Source: Octopus bimaculoides
Taxonomy: Eukaryota
DNA: 64,000 nt
Direction: 5' to 3'
Assembly: GCF_001194135.2 (NCBI RefSeq)
Contig: NC_068995.1
Coordinates: 31,087,224 to 31,151,223, forward strand
Shown here: positions 23,931 to 36,599 of the stretch, one piece after another
Layout of the letters: each line of letters opens with the position of its first letter
Numbering within the stretch: the first letter of the stretch is position 1
Notes under the pieces: model-generated
Databases searched by the model: none
What the model was told of the DNA's origin: nothing
What the model saw: only the letters and a program-made list of their open reading frames with translations
Position numbers and translations under genes: made by a program

Positions 23931-25485
23931 CAGAGATGGTTTCGTTCTAAAAGCTCTTTTTATTGTCGTCTTAAGTGAAATGAAAGCAAGTTTTTATTCA
24001 GGAAGAAAATCAATCAATCGAGATGGTAGATGAATGGTTGGGGGTGATTGGTTAATCAATTGCTAAGCATACATACATAGTGCTGTATGTACATATTATA
24101 CACACACTCACACATATATAGGTGTAGGTGTGGCTGTGTGGCAAGACGTTTGCTTCCCAACCACATAGTTCCAAGTTCAGTCCCACTGTGTGGCACTTTG
24201 GGCAAGTGTTCTGCTATAGCCTTGAGCCTTAGAAGTGGAGAGAATTTGGCAGACAGAAACTGAAAGGAACCCATTGTATATCTATCTATATATCTATGTG
24301 TGTATGTGTGTCTTTGTGTCTGTGTTTGTCTCCCACCATTGCTTGACAATCAATGTTGGTGTGTTTACATCCCTGTAACTTAGTGGATCAGCAAAAAAGA
24401 CTGAAAGAATAAATACCAAGGCATTAGAAAATGAAAGAAAATAAGTATTGGAGTTAATTCATTCAACTAAAAGTTCTTCAAGGCAGTGCCCCAGCATGGC
24501 CACAGTCTAATGACTAAAACAAGTAAAAGGTATATAAAAAGATACATTTGTACGTATTTGTCTATTTGGGTATAATCAAGTTATTAGAAAGTCTCTGCTA
24601 AAGATAGTTTCAGATAATCCATTCCTGACTTGCCAACCCCTCCTATCATATATCAGTGTCTAATAGCAGGAGCATACTGGTATTCCTCAACATTCCAAAC
24701 TGGTATTCTTCAATGACACTGGTTGCTGTTGTTCTTGCTTAATCTCCAGCCATGACCATCCTATCCTATCCTAATTTTTGTTTCAGCAACAATGTACCCA
24801 AGATAATGTCTTATCTATTTTTAAAAAAGATGTTCAGGTGTGACTGAAATTTAGCAGCTATTTCTGTCTTACTGAACAACCCACATGGAGGCACTAGATG
24901 TATTGGCTAATGTAGTCCTAGATACATTAGGGATTTCAATTTTTTTAAAGAGTGTAATTTGAGGGAAATTCAGCTGCTAGTTTTAGCAAGTTGAGTGGCC
25001 AACTAGAGGCTTTTTTTCTTCACAATTAGAAGAGAGTGCTACATTGAGAAACACAGCAATTTTGGCTATTACATGTTTCACTGTATTGTGTTTGGCAGAA
25101 CTGGCAGAGTGTTGGATAAAATGCCCGACAGAATTTGTTCTGACTCTTTACATTTAGAGATCAAACTCTACTGGGGTCAGTTTTGGTTTTTATTTCTTCA
25201 AGGTCAATAAAATTAAGTACCAGTTTGTGGGGTTGAATAAGAAGTAAAACTAATTTTTGTTACTGATTTCTGGGATTGGTGTGGAACTGTGGGACACCAT
25301 GGGGTGTTGAGTCACCCTTTAAATAAAGGCAAACTTGTTACCAGTTCAAATATGCTTGAGGCATATTTGAACCCATAAGAAAAATCCAATCACTGTATTT
25401 TGTCACAGAGAAAATTTCTCACAGTAACCAGGTGTAAACACACCTATCTGTCTTGTTGGTTTGCAGCATCCGCTTATCCGGTTTC

Positions 25486-25531
25486 TAGTGCTGAAGAGGA
25501 GATAACCACTCTGAAATGCATGCATCCACCA
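25486..25531 (+). ncRNA. Minimal type I hammerhead ribozyme (Penelope-like element type)
   Basis: TAGTG-CTGAAGA-GGAG(ataacca)CTCT-GAAA-TGCATGCA-TC|CACCA: conserved core, 4 bp stem II, palindromic stem III (ATGCATGCAT), stem I with one mismatch. Confidence 0.65.
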
Positions 25532-25799
25532 ACCTGATTAGGGAACACTGCAAACTGACTCAGTGTATTTATATTTACTCTTTTATTCTTTTACTTATTT
25601 CAGTCATTTTGACTGCGGCTATACTGGAGCATCACCTTAAAGAGTTTTTAGTCAAAGAAATTGACCCCAAGACTTATTCTTTGTAAGCCTAGTACTTATT
25701 CTATTGGTCTCTTTTGCAAAACCACTAAGTTACAGGAACATAAACACACCAGCATCAGTTGTCAAGTGATGGCAGGAGGCAAACACAGATACACACGTG

Positions 25800-26470
25800 G
25801 CCTTTACCAGGGGTGTAGCCAGCCCACTTATACATACCTTTCCTTCTTTGGACACAAATCCCTGCTTGCAAAGACCTGTTGAAACAAGTGAAATCGAAAT
25901 CGAACCAAATTCGATGACTGGCACCCATGCCAACCTTTCCTTCATTGGATACTAAACTCTGCTTGTGAAGACCTGTTGGGGCAAGCGAAATCGTAACTGA
26001 ACCAAATTCGATGACTGGCACCCATGCCAGTGGAGCGCTAACAGCACCATCCGAGCGGGATCACTGCCAGAGCAGCGATCTGGCTTCCATGCCGGTGGCA
26101 CATAAAAAGCACCATTTGAGCGTGATCGTTACCAGTGTCGCCTTACTGGCACTTGTGCCGGTGGCATGTGAACAAAACATTCGAGTGAGGTCATTGCCAG
26201 CGCCGCTGGACTGACTCTCGTGCAGATGGCACGTAAAAACATCATTTGAGCATGGCCGTTGCCAGTACTGCCAGACTGGCCCTCATGCTGGTGGCACATA
26301 AAAGCACCCACTACACTCTCGGAGTGGTTGGCATTAGGAAGGGCATCCAACTGTAGAAACTCTACCAGATCAGATTGGAGCCTGGTGCAGCTATCTGGTT
26401 CACCAGTCCTCAGTCAAATCGTTAAACCCATGCTAGCATGGAAAGCAGACGTTAAACGATGATGATGATA
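25800..26470 (+). mobile_element. RTE-type 3' UTR fragment with a ~95 bp tandem duplication and GAT tail
   Basis: Unit cctttccttc...gaagacctgttg...aaattcgatgactggcacccatgcca occurs twice, followed by tgccagt-type subrepeats and the shared tail. Confidence 0.7.
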
Positions 26471-28394
26471 TACATAATGGGCTTTTTCCAGTTTCCATCT
26501 ACTAAATCCACTGAAAAGCTGTGGTTGACCCAAAGCTATAGTAGATGACGCTTGCTCCCACGTGGTTGAAAAGTAACAAGCTTCTTATCACATTGTCTTC
26601 AGTGAAAAATTTTCTTCACAACAAAATACAGTGAACGGCTTTCCTATAGGTTCGAATATTCCTGAAGCATATTTGAATGGTAGCAAGTTAGTATTTATAC
26701 ACATCACTGCTCTTAGTACTTTTGTTCCATATTTTGAGTAATCTTCAGAAATTCCTGGAAAGTGAATACAGTGGTTGTGGCTAGGATGCAGTGTTGATGT
26801 TACCTTCCACAAGATTATGGCAGCATTTAAACTGAGCACTGCAAATTATGGAAACAGTTGTTTATTATATAATGTTACAATGATGAACCAACAAGTCAAT
26901 GACAGAGCTTCTATCTGGCCTCTTGACCTATTAAAAATAACAGCCAAATCACTTCCTGATGTCTTGAAAATAAACACATTAAATAATGTAATCCTATAGT
27001 ATATAAGCTATGTCTAAAAAAAAATGTCTGGATGATCATGGCTGGAACCTCTTTCATCATACAACAATGTGATACTTGTTTGTAGGTAAAACAAGTCCCT
27101 GGAAAATTGTGGTGAGTGACTGAAGTGATATGAACCTTCAATGCTATGATTCATTGTTCAATGACATCATTTTAGCTCAGTCATTTGGGACAACTGTATA
27201 CACCATTTGTATACTCCAGTGATTCTCTGATGAGGAAGTTGCTCCTTTTTACACAGAGATTATGATTGATGCTGTTTAACCCCAGATCAGGCCTAATCAA
27301 CCAGGTCTGTATTGGTGGTGATGTTTAACTGATCCACCAGGTTTATCACCAAAAGTGTTCTAGTCTTGCCCATCCCATATTTCTTAGTCAAACACAGTAT
27401 AGTCTACAGTACCTGATGTGTCCTTTTTAATTAAGCAGCTGCATGTGATTTGAAGGAGATTTGACTGCTATCTCTATTAGGCCAAATGACAACCTCACAG
27501 GATTTCTCTTCTAATTGTATATTGGAATTGTGAATGTGTGGAGGTCATCCCTTTCCAAGGTAAACATCCAAGGAAGGAATTGAAATCAGTTAATAAAACA
27601 CTTGCTTAGTTTACAGTGTTGCTGCTGTCTACAGTAAGAACGACACTGCCTTATGGTACCTAACACCACAGCTTGGTTCTTGTTGTTTAGCACCAGCTCA
27701 GCCCAGGCTGAGCAAAAACATTCCAACTGTGATCATCCTGTCTCTTATGTGCTGAGAACTAAGGACTATTTATCCAGTAAATCCATGCTTTAAGACACTG
27801 GGATGTAATGCAGGATAGATTTGAATACTATTTCTAGGAAAGCAACTAATCCGAACAAAATCTTAATTTGCTCATTAATTGTTTGAGTCAGTGAAAATAA
27901 ATTGTTTATCTCTCGAGTGACTAAACATTTTTCAAAAAATGGGGGAGTAAAACAAATACAGATAAAAGTCAAGGTAATAGGGTTATCTACAGGAGAGGGA
28001 GAGAAGTAAGTTATCCTCTGCATGAAATATAAATAGTTAAGCAGATAGTATGAATGAGATAAATGTCAACATTTGTTTACCCACTATATTGTTAGCATAC
28101 ACTTAACTATTTGGTTTTCATGACTGTAACACCAAGCTCCCCTGACAAGGTCTCATGAAATAGAAACATGCCACCATACTTTTCAAACAACACTTTATTC
28201 ATCACAGCTTTCTAATTAATTTGAGATACATTTATAAAGTATAAGCATAGCTGTATGATAAGTTTGCTTCCCAACCACATGGTTGTGGGTTCAATCACAC
28301 TGTGTGGCAACTTGGGCAAGTGTTTTCTACTATAGCCCTGAGTTGACCAAATCCTTGAGTAGATTTGATACAAAGAAACTGAAAAAGTGTGTGT

Positions 28395-28438
<44 letters not shown>

Positions 28439-28479
28439 TTTTTATGTAGTCATTGGTTTATGGCTGGTCAGAAAGTTAC

Positions 28480-28951
28480 CATTGGTTCCATATCTATTAT
28501 TATTCAGCTTGAGTGGCTTAAGTGAGCCCGAGAAGGAAAACATCCATCTTTGGTTTCAAGACAAAAGGTGTTCTTCCATCAGGATAATGCTCAGCCACAT
28601 ACAGCAAGGATGACATTCCAAAGGCTGGAGCAGTTTGAATGGGAAATGATGCCCCACCCACCATGTTCGCCAGACATTGCCCCATTTGATTATCATTTAT
28701 TCAGCAGTCTTCAAAATCATATGGATAGAAAAAATATGAATTTTGAAGACGAGGTCAGAACAGTACTGGAGGATTATTTTTCGTCACAGACAAGTGAATT
28801 TTGGAAGAGGGGCCTTGCAAGTCTACCAGATAGATGGAAGAGTATTCTCGAAAATGAAGGAGAGTATATTTTTGATTAAAAAAGAAGCTTGTCTTAATTT
28901 TGAAAAATAAAAGAAGTATAAAAAAACTGCATTATCTATGGGATGACCCAA
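28480..28951 (+). mobile_element. Mariner transposase C-terminal remnant, same family as 16976-17504
   Basis: FFHQDNAQPHTARMTFQRLEQFEWEMMPHPPCSPDIAPFDYHLF; right TIR gcattatctatgggatgacccaa. Confidence 0.9.
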
Positions 28952-29674
28952 TGTGTGTGTGTGTGTTACTGTCTCCTTGATTCAATAGCATGTGATAGTT
29001 GTAACCAAGTGTTACCATAATGGAACATTCTGTGAAAACATGTTTGTTTGGTCATGAGGGAAATATCTTACTTGGAAACAGGTGAAGGTGACAAAAAGAC
29101 ATCCAGCCATAGAAAATCTGCCTCAACTAATTCAGTCTGACCCATGCAAGCATGGAAAAATGGATGTTAAAACAATGATGATGATAGTGGCCATGATTTA
29201 ATTATTTAAATTGCCTTAAATTAATGTCACTTTTGTACTTTTTACCAATATCCCCAAATAGCAAATAAATTTATTTCCATCATGGCCAATTCTCTACCCC
29301 ATCTTCACAACTGAATCATGTGAAGAGACAGAATATTTCAGTGTGTGTGTGTGTCTCTGTGCACGTCCTCACTGCTCAGTCAATGGCTGACTCTTGTTAT
29401 TGTTGTTGCTTAGACTCAAGGCAGTCATGATCAGCCCTAATCTTTAGATCTAAGAGCTTAAGTTTTCCGTTGTGACCATCCTGTCTATTTTAATTTTTAT
29501 CCTTCATCTGATATTACATTGCTGGTGTGCTTCACTTCTTAATACAATGGACTGTGACTTTAAGTGATATTTAACTGCTACTTATAACAAGTCGAGCAAC
29601 TTAGTAAACACTTCTTTTTCGACTTGTCATTTGTGTGTGGGCAGCATTGTTGGAGGTCATCTCTTTCCAAGCTA

Positions 29675-30485
29675 CGAGGAGGATCCTAAGCTAACCAAGA
29701 TACTCTCATGGAATGTGACCAAATGAAGTTTATTTTTCAACATAGTCTCCCTTTAGGTCTACACGCTTCTTCTATCAGTGTTGCAGTACTTGGACACCAT
29801 TGTCGAAGGAGCTTTCATCCTGTTGGTTGAAAAAGTCATCAACAGCAAATATGATGTCATCATCATTGTGACATTACTTCTCAGCCAAGTGTGTTTTTCC
29901 TGTTGGGGGATAGATGATAGTCAGACGGAGCCAAATCAGAATAGGGAAGGTAATCAACCAACTCAATGCCACAGTCATACATAGCAGCCATTGAAACTAA
30001 GGAATTGAGTGCTGGAGCATTGTCCCAATGAAACAAGACCCCTTTCATCAGTCTTCCTGGGAATTTAGTCTTGATATCTTTTTGTAACTGCCTCAGTAAG
30101 CTGGCATAATACACTCCATTGATGGTTAACCCTTTTGAAGATAGCCGATAAACACAATGCCTTTTTGTATCCTCCAAAAAACTGAGGTCATCAACCTTCC
30201 CTGCAGATGAAATGACCTTGGAGCAAGTGAGGAGGGGTTTTTCCATTGCATGAATTGTCTCTCTGTCTCTGGCTCAAAGTGATGAACCCAACATTCAAAG
30301 AAACCAGCTGGATTTACCTCAAAGTCAGATATTCCTATGATATGATCACCCTGCTTTTGATCAGGTATCAGAAGACATGGCACCTACCAAGCATAATTTC
30401 GGTATTAGTCTGGAATCCAACAGTGTTGATAGCCCAGAACTCGGGTTGTGTGCCTTTCTGGAAATACCCTACCAGAACCTTATAA
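29675..30485 (-). mobile_element. Decayed mariner element (second family)
   Basis: QWKNPSS, SAGK, TINGVYY, LFHWDNAPA and YSDLAPSDYHL motifs over frameshifted ORFs; terminus TA|cgagg. Confidence 0.85.
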
Positions 30486-30725
30486 ACATATATTTTTTTC
30501 ATTTTTTTTTACTTGTTTCAGTCATTTGACTGCAGCCATGCTGGAGTACTGCCTTTAGTCAAACAAATTGATCCCAGGACTTATTCTTTGTAAGCTTAGT
30601 ATTTATTCTTTTGGTCTCTTTTGCCGAACCACTAAGTTACAGGAACATAAACATACCAACATCAGTTATCAAGAAATGGTTGGGGACAAACACAGACACA
30701 CAGATACATACATATATATAAGCAA

Positions 30726-31058
30726 AAATGCTAGTTCTAAAATCTAAGATATCAATGCAGTAGTTGTACTGATAAGTAATATTCGTGGCCACTTTAAAAT
30801 GGCTGTCTGTTTGAACAGACTCTACTGTGATTCTTTAACTCCAAGAGGACATCCCCTCTAACAAGTTAATGATGCACAACTGCATCCGATAAACTTGCAA
30901 GTGAACCCCTACCATCTAGTGATGGGACTAGTAGATCAGTCCTGGTTTTAGGCAATTTCTGTCCACTCAAACAGACAGCCATGTTAAATGGCTATGAATA
31001 TTACTTGTCAGTATAACTACAGCGTTGATCTCTTAGAGAGATTTTAGAACTAGCATTT
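30726..31058. mobile_element. MITE-like foldback element with ~90 bp inverted arms
   Basis: aaatgctagttctaaaatct...ggctgtctgtttga against tcaaacagacagcc...agattttagaactagcattt. Confidence 0.75.
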
Positions 31059-31453
31059 CAGCTTGTTGCAAAATCAGCAACTGTGAGTTTGTTTGAAATA
31101 TATATATTGCATGTAGAAGCAAGCTGCTATCATCACTGGCAGATGAGGTATCCAGTACTGAGGAGTACCAGAAATAGCCTGAAACCAGGACTTGTCTGCT
31201 GGTCCCGTTGCTAGGAAATGGTAGGGGTTTGCTCCCCAGCTCACAATTTTATTGGATGTAGCTGTGCATTGTTAACCAGCTAGAGGAGATGTCCTCTTGG
31301 GGTTAAAAAATCACAGTAGAATCCGCTTGAATAGACAGCCATGTTATAGTGGCTATGAATATTACTTATATATACACACACACACACACAACGGGCTTCT
31401 TTCAGTTTCTGTCTACCAAATCCAATCACAAGGCTTTGGTTGGCCCATCGATG

Positions 31454-31489
<36 letters not shown>

Positions 31490-31492
<3 letters not shown>

Positions 31493-31700
31493 TCACTGCG
31501 TGGAATCGAACTCGGAATCTTGGGGTTAGTAGCCCATGCTCTTAACCACTATGCCATATGCCCATCGAAAAATACCTTAGGAATGAGAACCCAGGTTCGA
31601 AATTTCCCCAAGACATATGATAAAGGCTGGAGGGTATATCAGCCAAAACATTGTGTTAACAACAAACAAGATGAGGACAAATATCCGTCAAATGTAAATA
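31490..31700. mobile_element. tRNA-like head (-) next to a degenerate hammerhead-like motif (+)
   Basis: 31490-31562 reverse complement reads gggcatatggcatagtggttaag...gagttcgattcc (A/B boxes); 31611-31657 reads agacat-ATGATAA-aGGCTG..CAGCC-AAAA-CATT-GTGTT. Confidence 0.5.
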
Positions 31701-32822
31701 ATATAATTAATACTTGTTGACATTAAAAAGTTAATTAGAAATAATGATGTGTAGAAGAAAAGACAAAGTTAACTCAATGTTGAATATTTTCATTATTTAG
31801 GTCAGTATGGGAGGCAATTACAGCTATGTTTCAATCTTATTAAATCTTCTCAGCAAAGTGGTGATTTTGTCCAATTGTCTGAAGTAGTGATGAGAGAATT
31901 ACTACATAATAAATAACAAGGGAGACTGTAGTTCACTGCTCTGCTAGAAACAGTAGCCAAACTGATCCCAAATAACATCCTAGCAGCTTCAGAAAGTATT
32001 CCTTGAATATTGTAGTCAAACATAACATAGCTGAGGGAAACTATTACAATGGTATCATCATCATCAACATTTACAGTCCGTTTCCCATGCTAGTATGAGT
32101 TGGACGATTTGATAGGACCCAGCAAGGTCAGGGGCTTCACTAGGTTTCATAGTCTGTTCTGGCTTAGTTTCTACAGCCAGATGCCCTTCCTAATGCCAAC
32201 CACTCCACAGAGTGTACTGGTTGCCCTTTTATGTGACACCATCACTAGTGCTTTTTAAGTGGCACCAGCACCCATGCCAATACCTTTTATGTAGCACCTT
32301 GGTTTTAGGATCTCAATTCTGCAGCACATATCTCAGTCCTCTGTCATCTCCTTCATAAGGTTCAGTGTTCAAGATCGACCTTCAGTCAGTGCAGTATAAA
32401 TATACAATATAGTAAGATCTTACATATTTGGTAGAGTAAACTGATAAACTTCAAGCAACTGTGATTATGCAAGTAATTAATTAACAGAAACTCCCTTTGT
32501 GTGTGCTTAAAATATAAAACGAAGGAAGGAAAATAACTGTAATAAAATCAGGGCAGAAATTTTTGGACAAACTATAGCAGTAGTGTGGATCTGGTATAAA
32601 GGCTACAATGACAATATGGAGTAGATCTGGTCTATAAAGCCAACAGGTGACATGTTGCTGTTAAACCTAGAATTATCTTGGTTTAATAGAGTTAACCTGG
32701 TGTTTAACAACAGTCATCTCTTTCTCTCTCTTTCACACACACACATACATACACTTTCATCAGCAAAAACTCAATTTGAAGGACGACAGTCATCCCTCAC
32801 GCCGCCGCCAATCCTTTCTTAC

Positions 32823-32930
32823 ACACACCAACCGGTAAAAACCCACCAGAACCAGTCACTGGAATGGTTTGCTATCAGATTTCTTCATTTGTCTCTCATC
32901 AGTTCAATCAGAAATGACGTCAAATAGAAA
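32823..32930 (-). promoter_or_regulatory. Candidate promoter and non-coding first exon with a CRE palindrome
   Basis: TGACGTCA at ~32915-32922; locally CpG-rich, not recognised as a repeat; gtaag donor at 32818-32822 on minus; only short uORFs. Confidence 0.35.
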
Positions 32931-32945
32931 CGTTATTTTAGGCAC

Positions 32946-33085
32946 CTCTTTCTCTCTCTCTCTCGCTGTCTCTTTCTCTCTCCCTCACTGTCTCTTTCTC
33001 TCTCTCTCGCTGTCTCTTTCTCTCTCTCTCGCTGTCTCTTTCTCTCTCTCTCGCTGTCTCTTTCTCTCTCCTCTGTCCCCCCACT
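32946..33085. repeat. (CT)n / ctctcgctgtctcttt compound microsatellite next to an assembly gap
   Basis: Directly visible; N-gap at 33097-33690. Confidence 0.9.
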
Positions 33086-35896
33086 CTATCATTTGANNNN
33101 NNNNNNNNNNNNNNNNNNNNNNNNNNNNNNNNNNNNNNNNNNNNNNNNNNNNNNNNNNNNNNNNNNNNNNNNNNNNNNNNNNNNNNNNNNNNNNNNNNNN
33201 NNNNNNNNNNNNNNNNNNNNNNNNNNNNNNNNNNNNNNNNNNNNNNNNNNNNNNNNNNNNNNNNNNNNNNNNNNNNNNNNNNNNNNNNNNNNNNNNNNNN
33301 NNNNNNNNNNNNNNNNNNNNNNNNNNNNNNNNNNNNNNNNNNNNNNNNNNNNNNNNNNNNNNNNNNNNNNNNNNNNNNNNNNNNNNNNNNNNNNNNNNNN
33401 NNNNNNNNNNNNNNNNNNNNNNNNNNNNNNNNNNNNNNNNNNNNNNNNNNNNNNNNNNNNNNNNNNNNNNNNNNNNNNNNNNNNNNNNNNNNNNNNNNNN
33501 NNNNNNNNNNNNNNNNNNNNNNNNNNNNNNNNNNNNNNNNNNNNNNNNNNNNNNNNNNNNNNNNNNNNNNNNNNNNNNNNNNNNNNNNNNNNNNNNNNNN
33601 NNNNNNNNNNNNNNNNNNNNNNNNNNNNNNNNNNNNNNNNNNNNNNNNNNNNNNNNNNNNNNNNNNNNNNNNNNNNNNNNNNNNNNNNNNTGGAATGCAT
33701 TTAATCATAGGTCTGCATGATCTAAGCTGATCTGGGGCTAAACGACACACAATTGTTCAGTTACTGATAAAATCAATTTCAGTTTTTTTTCTTTTATAAA
33801 ATATTCACAGGTGCAGGCATGTGGTAAGAAGCTTGCTTGCGAACCACATGATTCCAGGTTCAGTCCCACTGTGTGGCACCTTGGGCAAGTGTCTTTTGCT
33901 ATAGCCTTAGGCTGGCTAAAGCCTTGTGAATGGATCTGGTACACGGAAACTGAAAGAAGCCCGTTGTATATAATGTGGGTTTGTGTCTGTGCTCATCCCC
34001 CATCACCGCTTGACAACCAGTCATGTTGTGTTTACGTCCTCCATAACCAAGCTGTTTGACAAAAGTGTTTGATAAAATAAATACTACGCTTTAAGAAATA
34101 AATCCTAGAGCCAATTTGTTTGACTAAAACCCTTCAAGGCAGTGCCCTAGTATGGCCGCAGTTAAACAATTGAAACAAGTAAAAGATAACATCTGTTTTG
34201 GCTTGGTTTCTATGGCTGGATGCCCTTCCTAACGCCAACCACCTTACATAGTACCTGGTGCAGCCTCTGGCCTTGACAGTTCCTGTCAAATTGTCCAACC
34301 CATGCCAGCATGGAAAACGGATGTTAAATGTTGATTATGATTCAGAGATGGAGGGACAGTACCCATGGTATGACTGCTCATGTTAGTGACACTGATGCCT
34401 CTGGGGAAAAAATATAGGACAGATCCTGTCCCTTATAGTTCATTCTACCCGCAACTAGATATTCCTCAAATCAACTTTACTGTCTTACTAAAAATATATA
34501 AAACATAGGTTGGTCCAGTGAATTGTGTCAGAGAGACTGGGTGGAGGTGGAGGTGTCGGGTGGATGTGTTGGATGGAGGTGTTGGGTGGTGGTGTAGGGT
34601 AGAGGTGCTGGGAGGAGGTGCTGACACCACCACCCAACACTTCCAAGACTCACCTTCAATGGGTAGAGGTGACTCGTGGGAGTGTCGCATGGTGTTTCAT
34701 GGAGGTAATGGGTGGAAAGGTTAGGTAAAGATAGTGGGTAGAGAGCTTGGGTGGTAGGTTGAGCTGGTGAGTACACTGGTCCTTTTTAGCTGTGTTGGGG
34801 GTGAGGTGTTTATTCTCCCTAGGTTCCCAAAACACAGATTCTCAGGTTCTTAATCTTCCTGTAAAGTTTGTCACAGCATTTAAGACTCAGATTGTTGACA
34901 TTAAGTCAGTTTTGCTTGAACAGATCAAAGACATTTCAGTGATCTTATTTTAACACAGCGGAATGTGATTTGAGAGAGATTTGACTGCGATTTCTAAAAG
35001 ATTAACTGATGCTATACAAGCTCCATTGTTGACTAAAAATGTTTGGCATGAAGCCGAGCTTGACCAAGCAGACCTATGATCAAAGTCATTCCAACCATGA
35101 CCATCACTTTTCTCTCTGGCAGAGTGTAACTAGAACTACATTATCAAGTATGTCCTTACATTTTTCTTTAGGAAAAGTATGATTTGAGATAAAATTTGCT
35201 GCTATTTTTAGCAGGTTGAATGGCCAAGTAGTGCCTCTGATATTGTCTTGTAAGATCAAATATCATTTATGGTGCAATGATCTTCCATTTATGGCTAACC
35301 TTTCAATATAAATCAAACCTATTTATATCATCATTATTGTTCAATCAGACACACTGGAGCAAGCAGACTTAGATATCTTAACAGGGGCTCCAACACAATA
35401 CAATGACTACAGTGAGATTTGAACTTGTGACCATGCAGTTTATAGTCCATTCCTTTCAACCGATTAAACACAAAGCAGTTTAGGTCACGTGCTGTGTGGT
35501 GGATGCTATGATTAATCTCAATCTGACATGTTTGACTCTTGTCACACAACTCCCCCTATGATACAGATACAATACATTGAGTGCAAGTAAAGACCTAGTC
35601 CAGATGGAAGGGAGAGGGAGGTAAGTGTTCTCAGTCAGAGGAAAAGAATGCACAATACAAGACACTATATGGTTCACAATCGTTATCAATGTCTGGAATT
35701 AGTTTCATGATAGCAATGAAAATTAAAAAACAAATTTTCACGAGACTTGTGATAAATTTTTTTTTTTGTTTATGGCTTTTTTTCTTTTTTCCCAACTTAG
35801 AAAATAGTTTCAAAGTTTGTCTAAATTTAGAACCACTGTGTCTGCTCCTCAATCTTTAACCAACATCTGTAGTACTCCCATGGTCAGCAATTTTGT

Positions 35897-35957
<61 letters not shown>

Positions 35958-36599
35958 TTACTTATCATTACATCATATTCTCTCTCTCTCTCACACACAC
36001 ACACACATAGAGTTATGGGTGTGGCTGTGTGGTTAAGAAGATTGCTTTGCAACCATATGGTTTCAGGCTCTGGCCCACTGCATAGCACCCAGGATAAGTG
36101 TCTTCTATTATAGCACTAGGCCAGCAAAAGCCTTGTGAGTGAATTTGGTAGAAAGAAACTGAAAGAGGCCCATCATGTGTGTGTGTGTGTGTGTATATAC
36201 ATACATATATATACACACACACACATATATATAGATACATAGACACACACATGCATACATACATATCATGTATACATACATATACATACATACATATCAT
36301 GTATACATACATATACATACATACATACATATATACACACACATACACTAGCATAGCTAGTGGGGGGGGGGCAGTAGGAACGGTCTGCCCAGAGCAGCAC
36401 TTTTGGGTTTACTGTAGGCAATATGTGTTTTTTGTGGGGTCTGTGGACGGCAAATGGAAAGGCTGCCCTGAGTTGCACTCATTCTAGCTATGCTAGTGCA
36501 CACACACATTTATATAAGAGGTTAAAATAACCATCTAAGGGATAGAAGTATCCATTATACTACTGGTGTATTACCTATGTTTAACTATGGGCATACATA

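Noticed and set aside
32938-33750. 203-270 aa ORFs
   Set aside because: Composed of N-gap and (GA)n repeat.
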